A DNA stretch of 64,000 nt, from assembly GCA_977016875.1 (NCBI GenBank), contig CDRNST010000195.1:2852001-2916000 (forward strand), in the 5' to 3' direction. The notes beneath the pieces are model-generated. The model saw nothing but the letters and a program-made list of their open reading frames with translations, made no database searches and had not been told where the DNA came from. Position 1 is the first letter of the stretch, and every line of letters starts with the position of its first letter. Positions 24,797-36,434 of this stretch are shown piece by piece. The translations under genes were made by a program, and so were the position numbers. This DNA is from Pavona decussata (Eukaryota).

Positions 24797-25205
24797 ATGG
24801 GGGAAGGGTTCGCTTTTGTGTCGGAAGAAGAGGTAAATCTGCTGGTCTATAAAGCAGTACCATTAAACACAAAAAAATCAACTTCATACGCCGTAAATGT
24901 GTTTGGCAGAAATCTGCTCATAAACATTTTGTCTAATTTGTAACTTAACACACTGTTCAAATACTAAAGCTCGTTGCGACATTTTTACTTTGAACCAAGT
25001 TTTACTCTGTTCAACAGTCCTTGAATTAAAAATTCACAAAGAATATAAAAAATGAAACAAGCTTAATTTTAGCCCATCTCATTCTACAGTATTTTTAATT
25101 TTCTTTCAGCCTGGCGAAAGGAGAAATTCATCAACAAGCCGTTAAAGGAGTTTACAAAGGAAGAGGTTGTAAATATTTTGCGCCGATTTTATGGCGAAGC
25201 TCGCT
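24797..25205 (+). pseudogene. Crypton (tyrosine recombinase transposon) N-terminal fragment, 2 exons
   Basis: MGEGFAFVSEEEVNLLVYKAVPLNTKKSTSYAVNVF, then acceptor ttctttcag (~25109) WRKEKFINKPLKEFTKEEVVNILRRFYGEAR. Matches the Crypton/DUF3504 N-terminal NT.k.T..av..F..W / L..FY.eaR pattern. Confidence 0.75.
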
Positions 25206-26520
25206 CACACGTTTATCCTCAAGGCAAATATCCTTAGCCGGGAGTTGATTTAGCTCTTCTGTTAAAAAAAAAAATTGAAGGGTATTCATAGAAAATATTG
25301 CAGAAAGCTTACGGAATTGTAGAACGCTAAACTTGGAAGAGATCATGATCAAGTCTGCTCTGCTTAAAAGAAACTCTCACATGATTCAGGCTCAACTATA
25401 GAAGTTTTACTGCTTTTTCTTACATGATGTTTTGAATGGGTTGTTTGAAGTCCTGTTACAGGGTTCTTCCAAAACCAGTACACCTGCGTCTTTGCCTTCG
25501 TTTTTTTTTTTTTTTTTTTCTGCTTTGGTGAGGAAAGAAGTTCTTCTGCTTCCGATAGAACACTTGCCCAGCTGCGCCTTTTGTTGTCTCTCTTTTCACT
25601 GCTATATTTACCTCGTTGTTTGGGAAGAGTCATTCTCTGTTTTGTAGATGTTGAGATGCCACATTGCCAGACATCCATTTACTATGTCTCCTTCTGTAAC
25701 ATACCCTGGTAGTAAAAATTTGGACTTTTGGTTAATATGGGTCCTGTCTGATTATGTCTCCTGGTTTATACTTTAGAAAAACTGCGCACAAAATGGCTGA
25801 ATAAAGTACAGCTATGAAATGCACTCAATAAAGCCAGCTTTAATACAAAAATTATTTGTTTGCAAAGAGGCGCAGACTACACACCTGTTATTCGTACGGT
25901 GAAATTGGCCATTGGATAGAACCTATCGTTCCTTTCATATCCAATGCAGTTATACTTTTCAGTCAGTTTTTTAGGGTTGTTTGCTTGACTACCATTTTGA
26001 CTTCAGTCCTTGACCACGTCGATCTGTGAAATAAATTCTCGCCTAAGGAAGAAAAATTATGCACAAAGTCAACGTCCTGAGACGTCTTGCATACAATTAA
26101 CTACAGTCTACAGGAAAAAGAGGTTCCCATCCCTGGCTTGTTTCAATTGCACGTCTCGTATTTCGACTGTGCAAGAAAAAATCGAACAGGGACTTGCAGG
26201 TTTCAGATGGTTTAATCTTTTGTTATCTAGCGGTAAACCCATACAAAAGCGCTTCTGCGGTATCTCCATTGTGCCCCCGTTCGGTAATTACAATAGGCAT
26301 TTTTATAGTTCCCAGCGCCATCTTGGAATAGTAACCGCGCAAACATCATGTTGCGGCTCGTGTTGACCCGGGAAGTACAAACGTAGCAAAATCCCATTTG
26401 ATACTAACCTGTTTCGTGTCGTCTGTTATATTTTCGCTTAAAATGGTCATAAAATATACAGACAAGGAAATGTTGACGTTAGAGGATATTTTTGGTTTCA
26501 CGTGACGTCACCGAATTCTA

Positions 26521-26770
26521 CATTGGACAAAAAAATGGATTTGGTCCAAATTTGCACTTGGTAAATTTAAGCAAATTTGGTAAGAAGATATAGTAAACTA
26601 GTGGCAAAGGTAGTAAATGCCGCATTTGCAGACGCATTTACAACCCCGTGCAGAAACTATAGCAAATCCGGCATTTACCATCATTGCTACTTGTTTGCTG
26701 TATCTTTTCACCAAATTTGCTTAAATTTGCCAAGTGCAAATTTGGACCAAATCCATTTTTTCGTCCAGTG
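26521..26770. mobile_element. Foldback MITE (CACTA/EnSpm-like termini), 250 bp
   Basis: ~105-bp imperfect TIRs CA(C/T)TGGAC.AAAAAATGGATTTGGTCCAAATTTGCACTTGG..; 3-bp TSD CTA (26518-26520, 26771-26773). Confidence 0.9.
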
Positions 26771-27393
26771 CTAGAATCCAAAACCGGAAGGCCTATAAAA
26801 TTTTTACCTTCATTTAAGGAAAGATTACCTAAAAATGTCTTTTCATAGTTTCTTAGCTTCATATCGTACTTCCTTTTGAAAATAGAACAGTTTCAATTTC
26901 CGAGTTTTCATTGTGTGTGACATCAGGAGGACGGCCGTGACAGAGCTGTTCCGTATCTTAAAAATGCCTCAGTGGGTGATTTTCAGAATTCTAAACAATT
27001 TAAGTTTGAGGAGAAATATTTATCTAAACATTCGAAAATTCACAAGGGAAAACAAACCTCTTTTCTGGGAAAAGTGAACGCCAAATATTTTTTCCTATTT
27101 CCGGCTGCCATGTTTGTGCCCCTTAGAGGGGCGCCCACGTCGCTTTCGGAGCAGAAATTTAGTCCACTGACACCCCGCAGTCATGCGAGGCAGCGCAATT
27201 CTTTATTAGCCTAGCAACTCCGTAGCAGCCCAAGCCAGCGCCTCTGTTTACGATTCATCAGGCAAAGGGCCCTTGTGTTTAAACTGATCAAATTCACCCA
27301 TTTTGACAGATATTTCATCTTCCCATGAGTGAATATGCCGGATCAAGAAGGCTTCCATCTGACAGCAATCGAAAACCGCGATCTTTTCCTTAA

Positions 27394-29829
27394 CCCAATG
27401 CGGTCCTGGGGCCAAAATCGCGCGTGACACCCCTAAAGCCGGCGATTTTCGATTCTTGCTTGCGTTACGCGAGCGTTAAATATTAACCATATGCGCAGTA
27501 AACACACACACAAGATCGGGTTACAAGACAAAGTTTATTCAAAGCACATAACTCAAAAGGCCGAAATATGCCAAAATATCGAAAGAGAAAGGCCGAAAGG
27601 GTGTTCAAAAGCGAATGTGAAAATCAAAAATCGAAAATTTAATTCGCCGCGCGACATTTTCCGAAATGAAATAAACAACGCGGACAAAAGACAGTGAAAA
27701 GAAAGCCGAATTATGCATAATTAGAAGCCAAACAAGACGGCTAATAATAACCAAATTATATTTCTTTGAGTATTTTTCAGGATCACATAGTGGATTTTAC
27801 GACAGTCGAGGACTCAGGAAACGAAGAAGTTCAACCCAAATTTACCGCATGAAAGATCGCAAAACAATTCACCTTGCACAAAGCCACCCCGCATTGAACG
27901 CATTCAGTGGAAGTTTCGACAGGCCGCCCAGAAGGAGTCTTAATTCCCACCCTCTTACACCTGACACATTGTCTCTTCCTACCCTTAATTTTGTCAATGA
28001 AATGCTTACCTGCATTTTCCTCCCCGAGTGAAAGGGTCTGAATTTTTTTGCGCTTTAGTGACTGCGCGGCCGAAACGCTAGATGAAAACCCCCCGATAAG
28101 TTGCTTCGCAAGCCTAGTGCGAAAATCAACCTGCTTTAATTTAGCCCTCCCTGCCCCGGTAAGAAAATGGTTCTGTAAAATAAAAGCATTACAAATTGAA
28201 ACATCGATAGAGAACCAAAACAAATACTTATACCATTTCCTAGAAGAACGACCCACAGAATAATACTTACGGAATTGATCGGCGAGGTCAACTCCCCCCA
28301 TATTTTCATTGTAAAGGCCGATCACGGCTGGCTTGCTGACCTGCTGATTGTGTCTTCGAATGACAACATCAGGGGTATCTGGACTTACATTTGAAGAAAT
28401 GACACTGACATCCCGTTTGTCATGCCATTTCGTGAAAACTAGCTTACCTTTTTGCCTAACAACCTTTTGTCCGGGACGCAATTTTTGCCGAGCACATGGC
28501 GGCAAGTCCTTGCGATTTACCCGGACGGTCGCGCAAGCGAAAGTCTTCTGAACCCGCAAATGTTCCATCAACCTAACTGAACTGAAAAAATTATCGAAAT
28601 ATACATGGTGGTTCCTGTTCATAAAAGGGGTGATCATCTTGGTGACCACATCATAACCCAACCCATGGATGCGCTGAAGCCTGGGGTCCTTACCCAAATA
28701 AACATCAAAATTCAACACGTACCCGTTGCTTGAGTCTGCGGCGATCCAAACCTTGATCCCGTATTTCGTTGGCTTTGCCGGCATGTATTGTCGGAAAGAA
28801 AGCCTACCCCTAAATGGAATCATACCCTCATCGACTGAAAGATTTTTAGTGGGGCTAAAACTAGTTTCACAATTTTGCCTAACATAATTTAGCACGGGTC
28901 TTACCTTGTAGAGACGATCATAGCCAGGATTTCCACGGGCCACTTCTTGGGTCGCATCGTTGAAATGGAGGAAACTACTTAATTCCTTAAACCTATTCTT
29001 AGGCATTACTTTCTTAATCCCTACATTACCAAAAAAATCATCAGTTGACCAGTACTGATCTAAACTGGGCAGCCTAACCATACCCATAATAATATTTACA
29101 GCAAGGAAAGCTTTAAGTTCAGCGAGCGTAACCGGTCGAAATTTAGCGAGGCGCGCAGGGGAATCGGCAAGCTTTTGGCGAGCGTAAAGGTTGGTTTCTT
29201 GCACTATTTTATTCAACAAATCTTCCCCCACAAAAGCTGAAAAGAAATCTACGGGTGTGGGGTTATCTGGAAGCTGGAACTTGATGCCGGAAGCCTCAAC
29301 AAAATCGGGAATACGAAAGGGAGAAAGTTGATCGGACCACCGAAGTTCATCGGGATCTGCGTCTTCATCACTTACCTCTTCTTCTGCGTCTTCCTCACCT
29401 TCGTTTTGATCCTCTTCGCTCTCTGACTCACTGAAATCGAGATCGGAGTCACTGTTAGCATTTTGTTCGTGATTTTCAAACCCATAGAAACTTCCCTCGT
29501 CCCCTGAGTCCTCGAAATCTGACGCGCTATCGGATACGTGATCAATGTTATCAGCCATCGTAATTCGATCGCGCAAGCCAAAGACAAAGCGGCGAAGTCA
29601 AGACCTCGTGGCTCCTCTCATCACCTGTCAAAAAATGCGCAAAACACGTCATCTGATTGGTCAATTCACCTTGTTGGTATCTATGACAACAAAACAGGAC
29701 AAAAAAACTCAGGGAGGGTAGGGAGGACTCGTTTATTTTCGTGCGCTTTTACGGCCGGTTTTGGCCGGCATGGCCTTTCATGGGGTGCTTTTCGCGCGGC
29801 CGGTTTTGGGCGCCTCGGACTGCAATGGG
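27394..29829 (-). mobile_element. Full-length piggyBac transposon, 2436 bp
   Basis: TTAA at 27390-27393 and 29830-29833. TIRs CCCAATGCGGTCC vs CCCATTGCAGTCC (11/13). GC-rich subterminal repeats CGGCCGGTTTTGG. Single intact ORF. Confidence 0.95.
27831..29558 (-). CDS. piggyBac transposase (PGBD4-like), intact, 575 aa from the ATG of MADN
   Basis: Acidic N-terminus; catalytic triad SVDEGM, YFDNFF, GGVDLAD; KPTKYGIK; C-terminal Cys-rich domain CVRC..CVQCGVALC..CFAIFH; no disruptions. Confidence 0.97.
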   Translation of the reverse strand: MADNIDHVSDSASDFEDSGDEGSFYGFENHEQNANSDSDLDFSESESEEDQNEGEEDAEEEVSDEDADPDELRWSDQLSPFRIPDFVEASGIKFQLPDNPTPVDFFSAFVGEDLLNKIVQETNLYARQKLADSPARLAKFRPVTLAELKAFLAVNIIMGMVRLPSLDQYWSTDDFFGNVGIKKVMPKNRFKELSSFLHFNDATQEVARGNPGYDRLYKVRPVLNYVRQNCETSFSPTKNLSVDEGMIPFRGRLSFRQYMPAKPTKYGIKVWIAADSSNGYVLNFDVYLGKDPRLQRIHGLGYDVVTKMITPFMNRNHHVYFDNFFSSVRLMEHLRVQKTFACATVRVNRKDLPPCARQKLRPGQKVVRQKGKLVFTKWHDKRDVSVISSNVSPDTPDVVIRRHNQQVSKPAVIGLYNENMGGVDLADQFRKYYSVGRSSRKWYKYLFWFSIDVSICNAFILQNHFLTGAGRAKLKQVDFRTRLAKQLIGGFSSSVSAAQSLKRKKIQTLSLGEENAGKHFIDKIKGRKRQCVRCKRVGIKTPSGRPVETSTECVQCGVALCKVNCFAIFHAVNLG

Positions 29830-30499
29830 TTAAAATCAGTGGAAAATTAGGCCAAATTTCGTACCAAGTTATGGGAAAATATGTCGACTTTGTTATTGGA
29901 GGGTTATAAAAACTGTAAGATTACAAGAAAAGCGAAATTTTCCGGAGAATTCCACCACATAAGCGACAAAGTTACTTCCATCGAGGACGGAAATCAGCGG
30001 TAAGTGTTTTACTAGAAATTTGTTTTGCGACGTGAAGTGAATTTTAATCCTCGTGGTGTTTTGTGTGAAATTCCGCCATCTTTAAATTGCTGTTATGTTC
30101 TGGATGTGGTGTCGCATTTGTGATTAAAAAAATTAAAAACCAAAAGCGTGTTAGCGTTTTATTGCGTGGAATGGTGGAAATAAGGCCTAAGAACAAACGC
30201 ACTGCACTATTTTCAGACTTTATTAGCTTATAACCACAAATTGAGCTCAAACAATTCTTCAGAACTCGACGTGACTTAAAATAAACGATCACTCACAGGC
30301 GGAACACCTTCTCGAACTTCATTCAGTTTTTCTCGAAACAATTTCAGGCAATTTTATTTCAATTCAGAGTTTCTGTCCTTGGTGTACATGAACAATTTTT
30401 ATGGGCTAGGTAGTTAAATACAGGTGACGTGGTCAGTACTTAAATTATGTCCGATTTTATTCCCTAGTTTGAGAGTTGTAAAATTTGCTAGAGTTTTAA

Positions 30500-31234
30500 T
30501 TACCTTGGCTTGTGTCCTGAGAAGGGCTGTCTTGCCATCACTGGAAGATCCAGTTTGGACTTGACAAACATAGTGCCCACTTTTTAAACTTCTGGAGACA
30601 TGTTTCCTTGCCGTATCTGCTCAAATGCATCCTGCAACGTTGGAACGGCTGGCTGGACAGGGGGGACAACAGCTGGTGCAAGTAGAGGCTGCGCAGCCTG
30701 GGCAATGCCAGGGACCAGAGGGTGCCTAGGCAGGCAATTGTGATGACCTGAATCCTCATAATTGAGCTCACTCAATTCCCCAGTTAACCGCAGTACCCGT
30801 CTTGTTGCTGGTTTAATTTTTTGGTCATCAAGTTCTACCTTGCACACTGGGCATGTCACCGCTTGGGTTGCTTCTAGGGCTTTGGAGAGGCAAGTAGTGC
30901 AAAAGTAGTGTTCACATGATGTTTCTAAGGGCATGTCAAGGATGTCCTTACAAATAGGACGGAAAAGATCGCCATTTACGGTTTCTTTAAAATAAAAATT
31001 GCCCTTAAAGTTTGGAGGCCCATTAGGTTCCAGTGATTTACTAATGCTCAGAATTTTTGTCTTCATTGCTTCCAAAACTGACAGGGGCTTGTCAGTAGTT
31101 GTTTGCGCTGATTTTAGTTCATTGTCAGGTTTCCGACCCCTTTTGATTTTCCGCGGTCTTCCTCCTTTGCTTATTTTTTCGGCGATGGAAAAACCGGTTT
31201 TACAATTTTCGTCTGTGTGAATTTCCCAGTACAC
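30500..31234 (-). pseudogene. RAG1 N-terminal-like / Chapaev-type C3HC4 RING fragment
   Basis: WEIHTDENCKT..KGGRPRKIKRGRK followed by (C>R)PICKDILDMPLETSCEHYFCTTCL..CPVC..PATRRVLRL. Mutated Cys residues, internal deletion and stop; donor-like GTAATT at ~30503. Confidence 0.65.
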
Positions 31235-31836
31235 TGGGCTGCGTCAGGTCTTGTGTTACTTCAGCCATGGCACGTACAGTGGCAGCAAATCAGGCCCGTA
31301 TTAATTTTGGCTCGCAATCGATGAGACAAATTTCTAGTAAAAAAGCGATCGGATATTTGAAAGTACAAATGCTGGGGGACTGCAAATATAATTATGGTTT
31401 GGCTGGGAAAATTTCAGGACACGCTGAAATTATTTCAACATACACCCTTCTGCCATTGCAAAAGGGTCAGCCTTCATGTGGTTTTCGAAACCGTGATATG
31501 ACACACAACACCCAAATTCCATCACTTTATTATATTATGATTTAGTGCATAAACTATTCAAAAATGTTCATTGTGCATATATTTCTTTCCTCACGTTCCA
31601 CTGCACATCATGTCTTTGAATAGATTTTAATGTTCTTTGTACTCAGCGCTATTCAAAAACAAAAACAAGAACGTTTGGACTAATATAAATGCCAGCCCAG
31701 TCTACACCAAAATTTATATTATCTGATAGAGGGATAGGATTCATTTACTTACTATTTGTGGAAGACATCTTAAGGAAACCAGCCCTTGCAACTTTGCTAT
31801 CTCCATGCACCACAAAAACGTCTTCCCTGAATACAA

Positions 31837-32376
31837 TCAATCACATAACAAAAACAAATTTTGCACAACATTCACCTTAATCGTTGGTATATAGCTGTCG
31901 ATATTATTTCGCAAAATCACAGAAAATAATTCAGGGTATAATTCTTTTAACTCTGAAAGAATTTGGCCTTGTAATGAAGAATAAAACAAAACATCTCTAT
32001 GTGCATTTCCAACAGCTCTTGATAATGTATTGATGGTTTCCACACAATCTTCAGGGGAGTCTCTTTTTATCTCAATCTCATGGTAACACTTGTGTCTTTC
32101 CTCGTTGACTGTAGACTTCAATGTATATTCGATAACATCAAACCCATTCCTTCCTGATGAGGGATTAGATGATGTTGCAAGCTCAGGAAATTTCTTCAAC
32201 ATTTCTTTCCTCTCATTTTCGACAAAATCCTTACCATTTGGAAAGTGAATAACAATCCTCTGTGTAAAAGCTTCGAGGTAATTCCCAAATTGGGTGAAAC
32301 GTTTTCTATTCATGTTTGTACTGAAATACTCCTTCCCCTTCAAAATCATCTTAAACAAAGAATCTGTCTGATGCAT
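31837..32376 (-). CDS. Uncharacterised intronless 179-aa ORF, probably mobile-element cargo, 3'-truncated
   Basis: Long open frame for this AT content, helical amphipathic pattern (CVETINTLSRAVGNAHRDVLFYSSLQGQILSELKE); no family recognised. Confidence 0.35.
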   Translation of the reverse strand: MHQTDSLFKMILKGKEYFSTNMNRKRFTQFGNYLEAFTQRIVIHFPNGKDFVENERKEMLKKFPELATSSNPSSGRNGFDVIEYTLKSTVNEERHKCYHEIEIKRDSPEDCVETINTLSRAVGNAHRDVLFYSSLQGQILSELKELYPELFSVILRNNIDSYIPTIKVNVVQNLFLLCD

Positions 32377-35134
32377 CAGACAATTCCGGATTGGTCAATA
32401 AAATCATACGACTGTCATATGACCTCAAACACAATGGACTAAATTTAGACGCAAGCGGGAAAGTCCCACTGCATTACATCATTTCCGAGAAAGTGAAACA
32501 GTGTTTGGATGGCAATGATGTGAGTGTGTTTCTTACACCTAAGGAAAAAGTAACAACGAAGAGACAAGCTATTGACAGCAAAGAATAAATTTTCCGAAAT
32601 GGTTTAAAGAGATAGCACAGTATAATGTTATAAAGAAATGGAAAATAAATATATCATAAAATTTCCTACCAAAGCCAAAAAACACATGAAGATGATTATA
32701 AAAAAAAGTAAACATATGCAACTGCTAGAATTTGATCGTTTCTTAATGAACAAATTAATGACTAATTTAATTCGTTGCCGAATTTGAAAAAAACGAAATA
32801 CTTATCGGCAATTTTTTTACCAAGATAAAATCCATTCAGTTTGCAAAAAACGTTTTTATGAAAAAAATGTGAAAACACTTGATCTTATATATTCTAGACG
32901 CCCAGTTGAAGTAATTGAATAAATATTTGTGATAGTTATGTTGAAGTCATAATAAATTTCTATGAAAACATTTTCAGAAATCATTATGGAGGTATTTATG
33001 TCTATTGAGGGTCTTATGAATATTCGTGTTTTAATGAATACAAACGATGCTATTAAATGTGGCAGCATTTCTTTAACCTAATCCAAAATTTGGCCCGACC
33101 TTGGGAAATTTTTTAAATAAGAAAAAAAAAATCATCTACAAAATTAACCGTCAAACAATGACATTAAAAGCGGTGGCTCCATCATTGCTTCGCTCCGCCT
33201 GAGCCATATTAATAATAGTACATAATTTAGCAGAAGAAAATATATAATTACATTGTGCCATGTAGTCAAAGGTACTTGCCTTGTATAGCCGCTTATTAAC
33301 TTGGTTGTCTCCTCTTTGGGCAACAAAACACCCACACTGAACTTTAAAATTAGATAACTTTCCTCAAAATCAAATTGGAAAAAATTGGAAAATTTTCTTG
33401 TTGTTTAAACAAAAAATATCGTATTGTCTGCAGTGTAAGCATTATCAACAAAACTAGAGCAGAGTCATTTGTCTTCCTTTATTTCCATTATTTAGCAACC
33501 TCCTCCAGGTGCATTGGGCTTTCAAACTTCTATGCTGTGAAAACATAGGTAATAATGATAATCTTAAGGACTATCGCACGCTCTTAAAGAAACTTATGCA
33601 GCAGAAGCATTTGGTACTTGAAACTATAGCAACTTACTCAAAGAAGGGCCCTTAGCCTTTTTTAAAGCAGTGATCGGCCTTCATCAGGGCTTTTCCAAGG
33701 CCTGAGCTCAAACTTCTCCAGTAAACAAAGAAGCCCTTCAGGGGCATCAAAGCTATAAAAAATATAAGAACATCGAATTAGTACATGGGTAGAAACAGAT
33801 AAAAACGGGACAATGACACTAAAACCTACAAATTTTTTTAAAATTCAGCTCGAAAAGCCTCAAATGCTGCCTCTTGCAAAATCTCCTTGATTTCCCCCAT
33901 CTTGTCTTGTCTGCCCTACTCCAGAGACCCTGCCTCAAAATATTGCATTTTCAACTATTCCTAGCAACCGACCCAAATCCTTTCTCGGTCAATGGTACTG
34001 ACTTCCGGTAAAAATGCGAAACTTTGACAGGTATTAGAATGTTATTGGTACCTTATACTGGCATAAAACATTTTTTAATATTAGTTGTTAAACACGCTAA
34101 ATATGCCAAAATTTATTTCATTCTGAAACATGAAAATTTGCCTGGGTGGGATTCATTAAGATTTCAGATCTTAATGAGATCTTACGACATTTCTTAGAAG
34201 GGAATATCTACTAACATCAAGCGAGGGGTGACACATGATAAAAAATGAAAGTGCCTCTTAAAATGGCTAAGGATACCCTATGACAACAACAATTTATTTT
34301 ACAAATTCAGATAAAAGTTGCTTGTCACGCAGATAGCCACAAAGCTAGTCGAGGCGAGACAAGATGGGCACAAGAACATATTAAAAAGTAAAAATTACAA
34401 GACATGCTGGAAAAACAGAAAAACACCGCTACCCTCTAATTTGTCATTAATGAAATGTGACAGTTTGAGATGGTGACTTGAAACACTGTTTGGGGGGGGG
34501 GGGGGGGGTGTCACATATGTATGCTATGGAAGTATCTTTCACTTGAAAGGTGTTTTTCCAAGCAGTGTATTATGAGATAGGGTAAACAGAACGCGATGAG
34601 AAAAATGTTTTGTGGAAATCAAGGCAGAGTTCCAAGTCTTAGCATAAATAGGATTAGGATATTTGGTGGCTAGATTAGGGCACCAAAAGTTGGATGAATA
34701 CCTACCGAAAATTTACTGAGTACCCACCTCCCCCTAACACACAGACACATATTGACCACATCTCCTCCAAAAACAAAGCAGTTACGCTTTTATTGATCCA
34801 TTTTTTTTTTTGTGTGGATTGCTATCAAGTTTACTCTAATTCAACATACGGTTTCTAAACCGGAGTCTTCTATCCCTCCTTGCTGTGCTGGGATTGACAT
34901 CAATAAGATACAAGCCATCTCTTCCATCACAAAGGCAAGTTAAATACAATCCATTTACACCGTGTTCATAGGCGTAGAATATTCACTTGTGGCGAATAGA
35001 CCTCTGCTTGAACAGGAACTCACCAGAAGCCGTAGAGCAATCCTGTCTCTGTGAATTAAATAACATGATATTAATCTCACAAAAAGGTTACTCAAGAAAT
35101 TGACAGATGTAGCACTTGAAGAGATGACATTTGC

Positions 35135-35358
35135 CAAGAGACTATGAGGTAAGACAGCGAATCCCTGTGCCCCATGACAATTATTTTTAATCTTTTTTTA
35201 GTTCGCGCCATGCTATTTTGGGAAATTATAATCTGCCATTGAGTTTAAATAAGATGTCGTCATTAAAATAGCAACGCAAACAAAAATAGTTTGAAAAAAA
35301 ATTTCATAGGATGAGGGGCATGTATGGGGGATTCGCTCTCTTACCTCATAGTCTCTTG
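35135..35358. mobile_element. MITE with P-element-like termini, 224 bp
   Basis: ~31-bp TIR CAAGAGACTATGAGGTAAGA(C/G)AGCGAATCCC; 7-bp TSD CATTTGC / TATTTGC (6/7). Confidence 0.85.
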
Positions 35359-36434
35359 TATTTGCTCATTTGCTTAGGCGCAAATTGAGTCTGACTAGAA
35401 CGCAAATGTTTCAGGAGAGGATAGAAAACCCATCGTTGAGTAAGCAAAATTAGGGTCCGCCATTTGTTTTCGAGGACGAATTAAAATTGGAATGAATTTG
35501 ATGAATCAAGGGCTTTTGCCTCATTGAGGTTAACCCTTTAAGCCTAGCCATAAGCATACTTATGTATCAGTCATTCCCAGAGGTGCCCATACCGTCAAAA
35601 CTACATACCCTATTAATTCGTTCAAAGTCGATATACTCTTCCAAAATTCAAGTGCAAGTTTTCGCTCGATAAAGGTTTGCAAGAAAAACAAGTCCCTACA
35701 GGAGATTATTACACCTCATTACGTGGTGAGCCAATCGAGCAACAGGACCCCATGGCGTCAACAACAATTGCACAGAATTTCGTGGCAAAAGTATCGCATT
35801 GCAGACACGTTTTAGACTCCGCTGTTTCTGATCGAGCGAGATGGGGAAAGTGGCGAAAGGAAAACGTAAAAATCAACCAGGAAAACGGGGAAAAACCAAG
35901 GCTAACGAAACCGAAAGCCCATCAGCGGAGAGTTTAAGGAGTGCACTGATATCAGAGATGAAATCTATTGGGTAGGTTGTCCGTTTTGATTGCGTGTAAT
36001 GTAATTTACGCTTCAAGCTAAAGCGATTATTCATTTCGTATCAAAGGAAATGTATAATGAAAGAAAATCGCATTTTTACTGTTATTTAGGTACGATGGTG
36101 ATTTCTTCGTAAGAAATCTTCAAGATAGCGTGGAGCGGAGCAAAAAGCGAGAGAAAGGACCACGAAAGAACGCGCTATCTCCGGTATTACACATGGGCTC
36201 ATGCACTTCTGGTGAGTTCTATTTCATCGGTCTAATTCTGCTGATTTTATGCCACTGTTTCATTACAAAAGCGCAGTAAAACGTTATTTGGTTTTATCGC
36301 GCTGCAGAAGAAAGAAATCGGCCCAGAGGATGCAGAATATGATATCTGATATTTTCACAGGACGCTTGCAAAGTAACCCTGCAGGACTTTTGCACAGCAA
36401 TCGACCTCTGTGTACTTGATCCAATAACAGTGGA

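Noticed and set aside
33650-33700. Hammerhead ribozyme (minus-strand CTGATGAAGGCC)
   Set aside because: No closing stem II followed by GAAA.
33280-33960. Possible spliced SAM-like gene relic (MGEIKEILQEAAFEAFRAEF..)
   Set aside because: Splice-like sites are present but there are several stops and no convincing motif; too weak to call.
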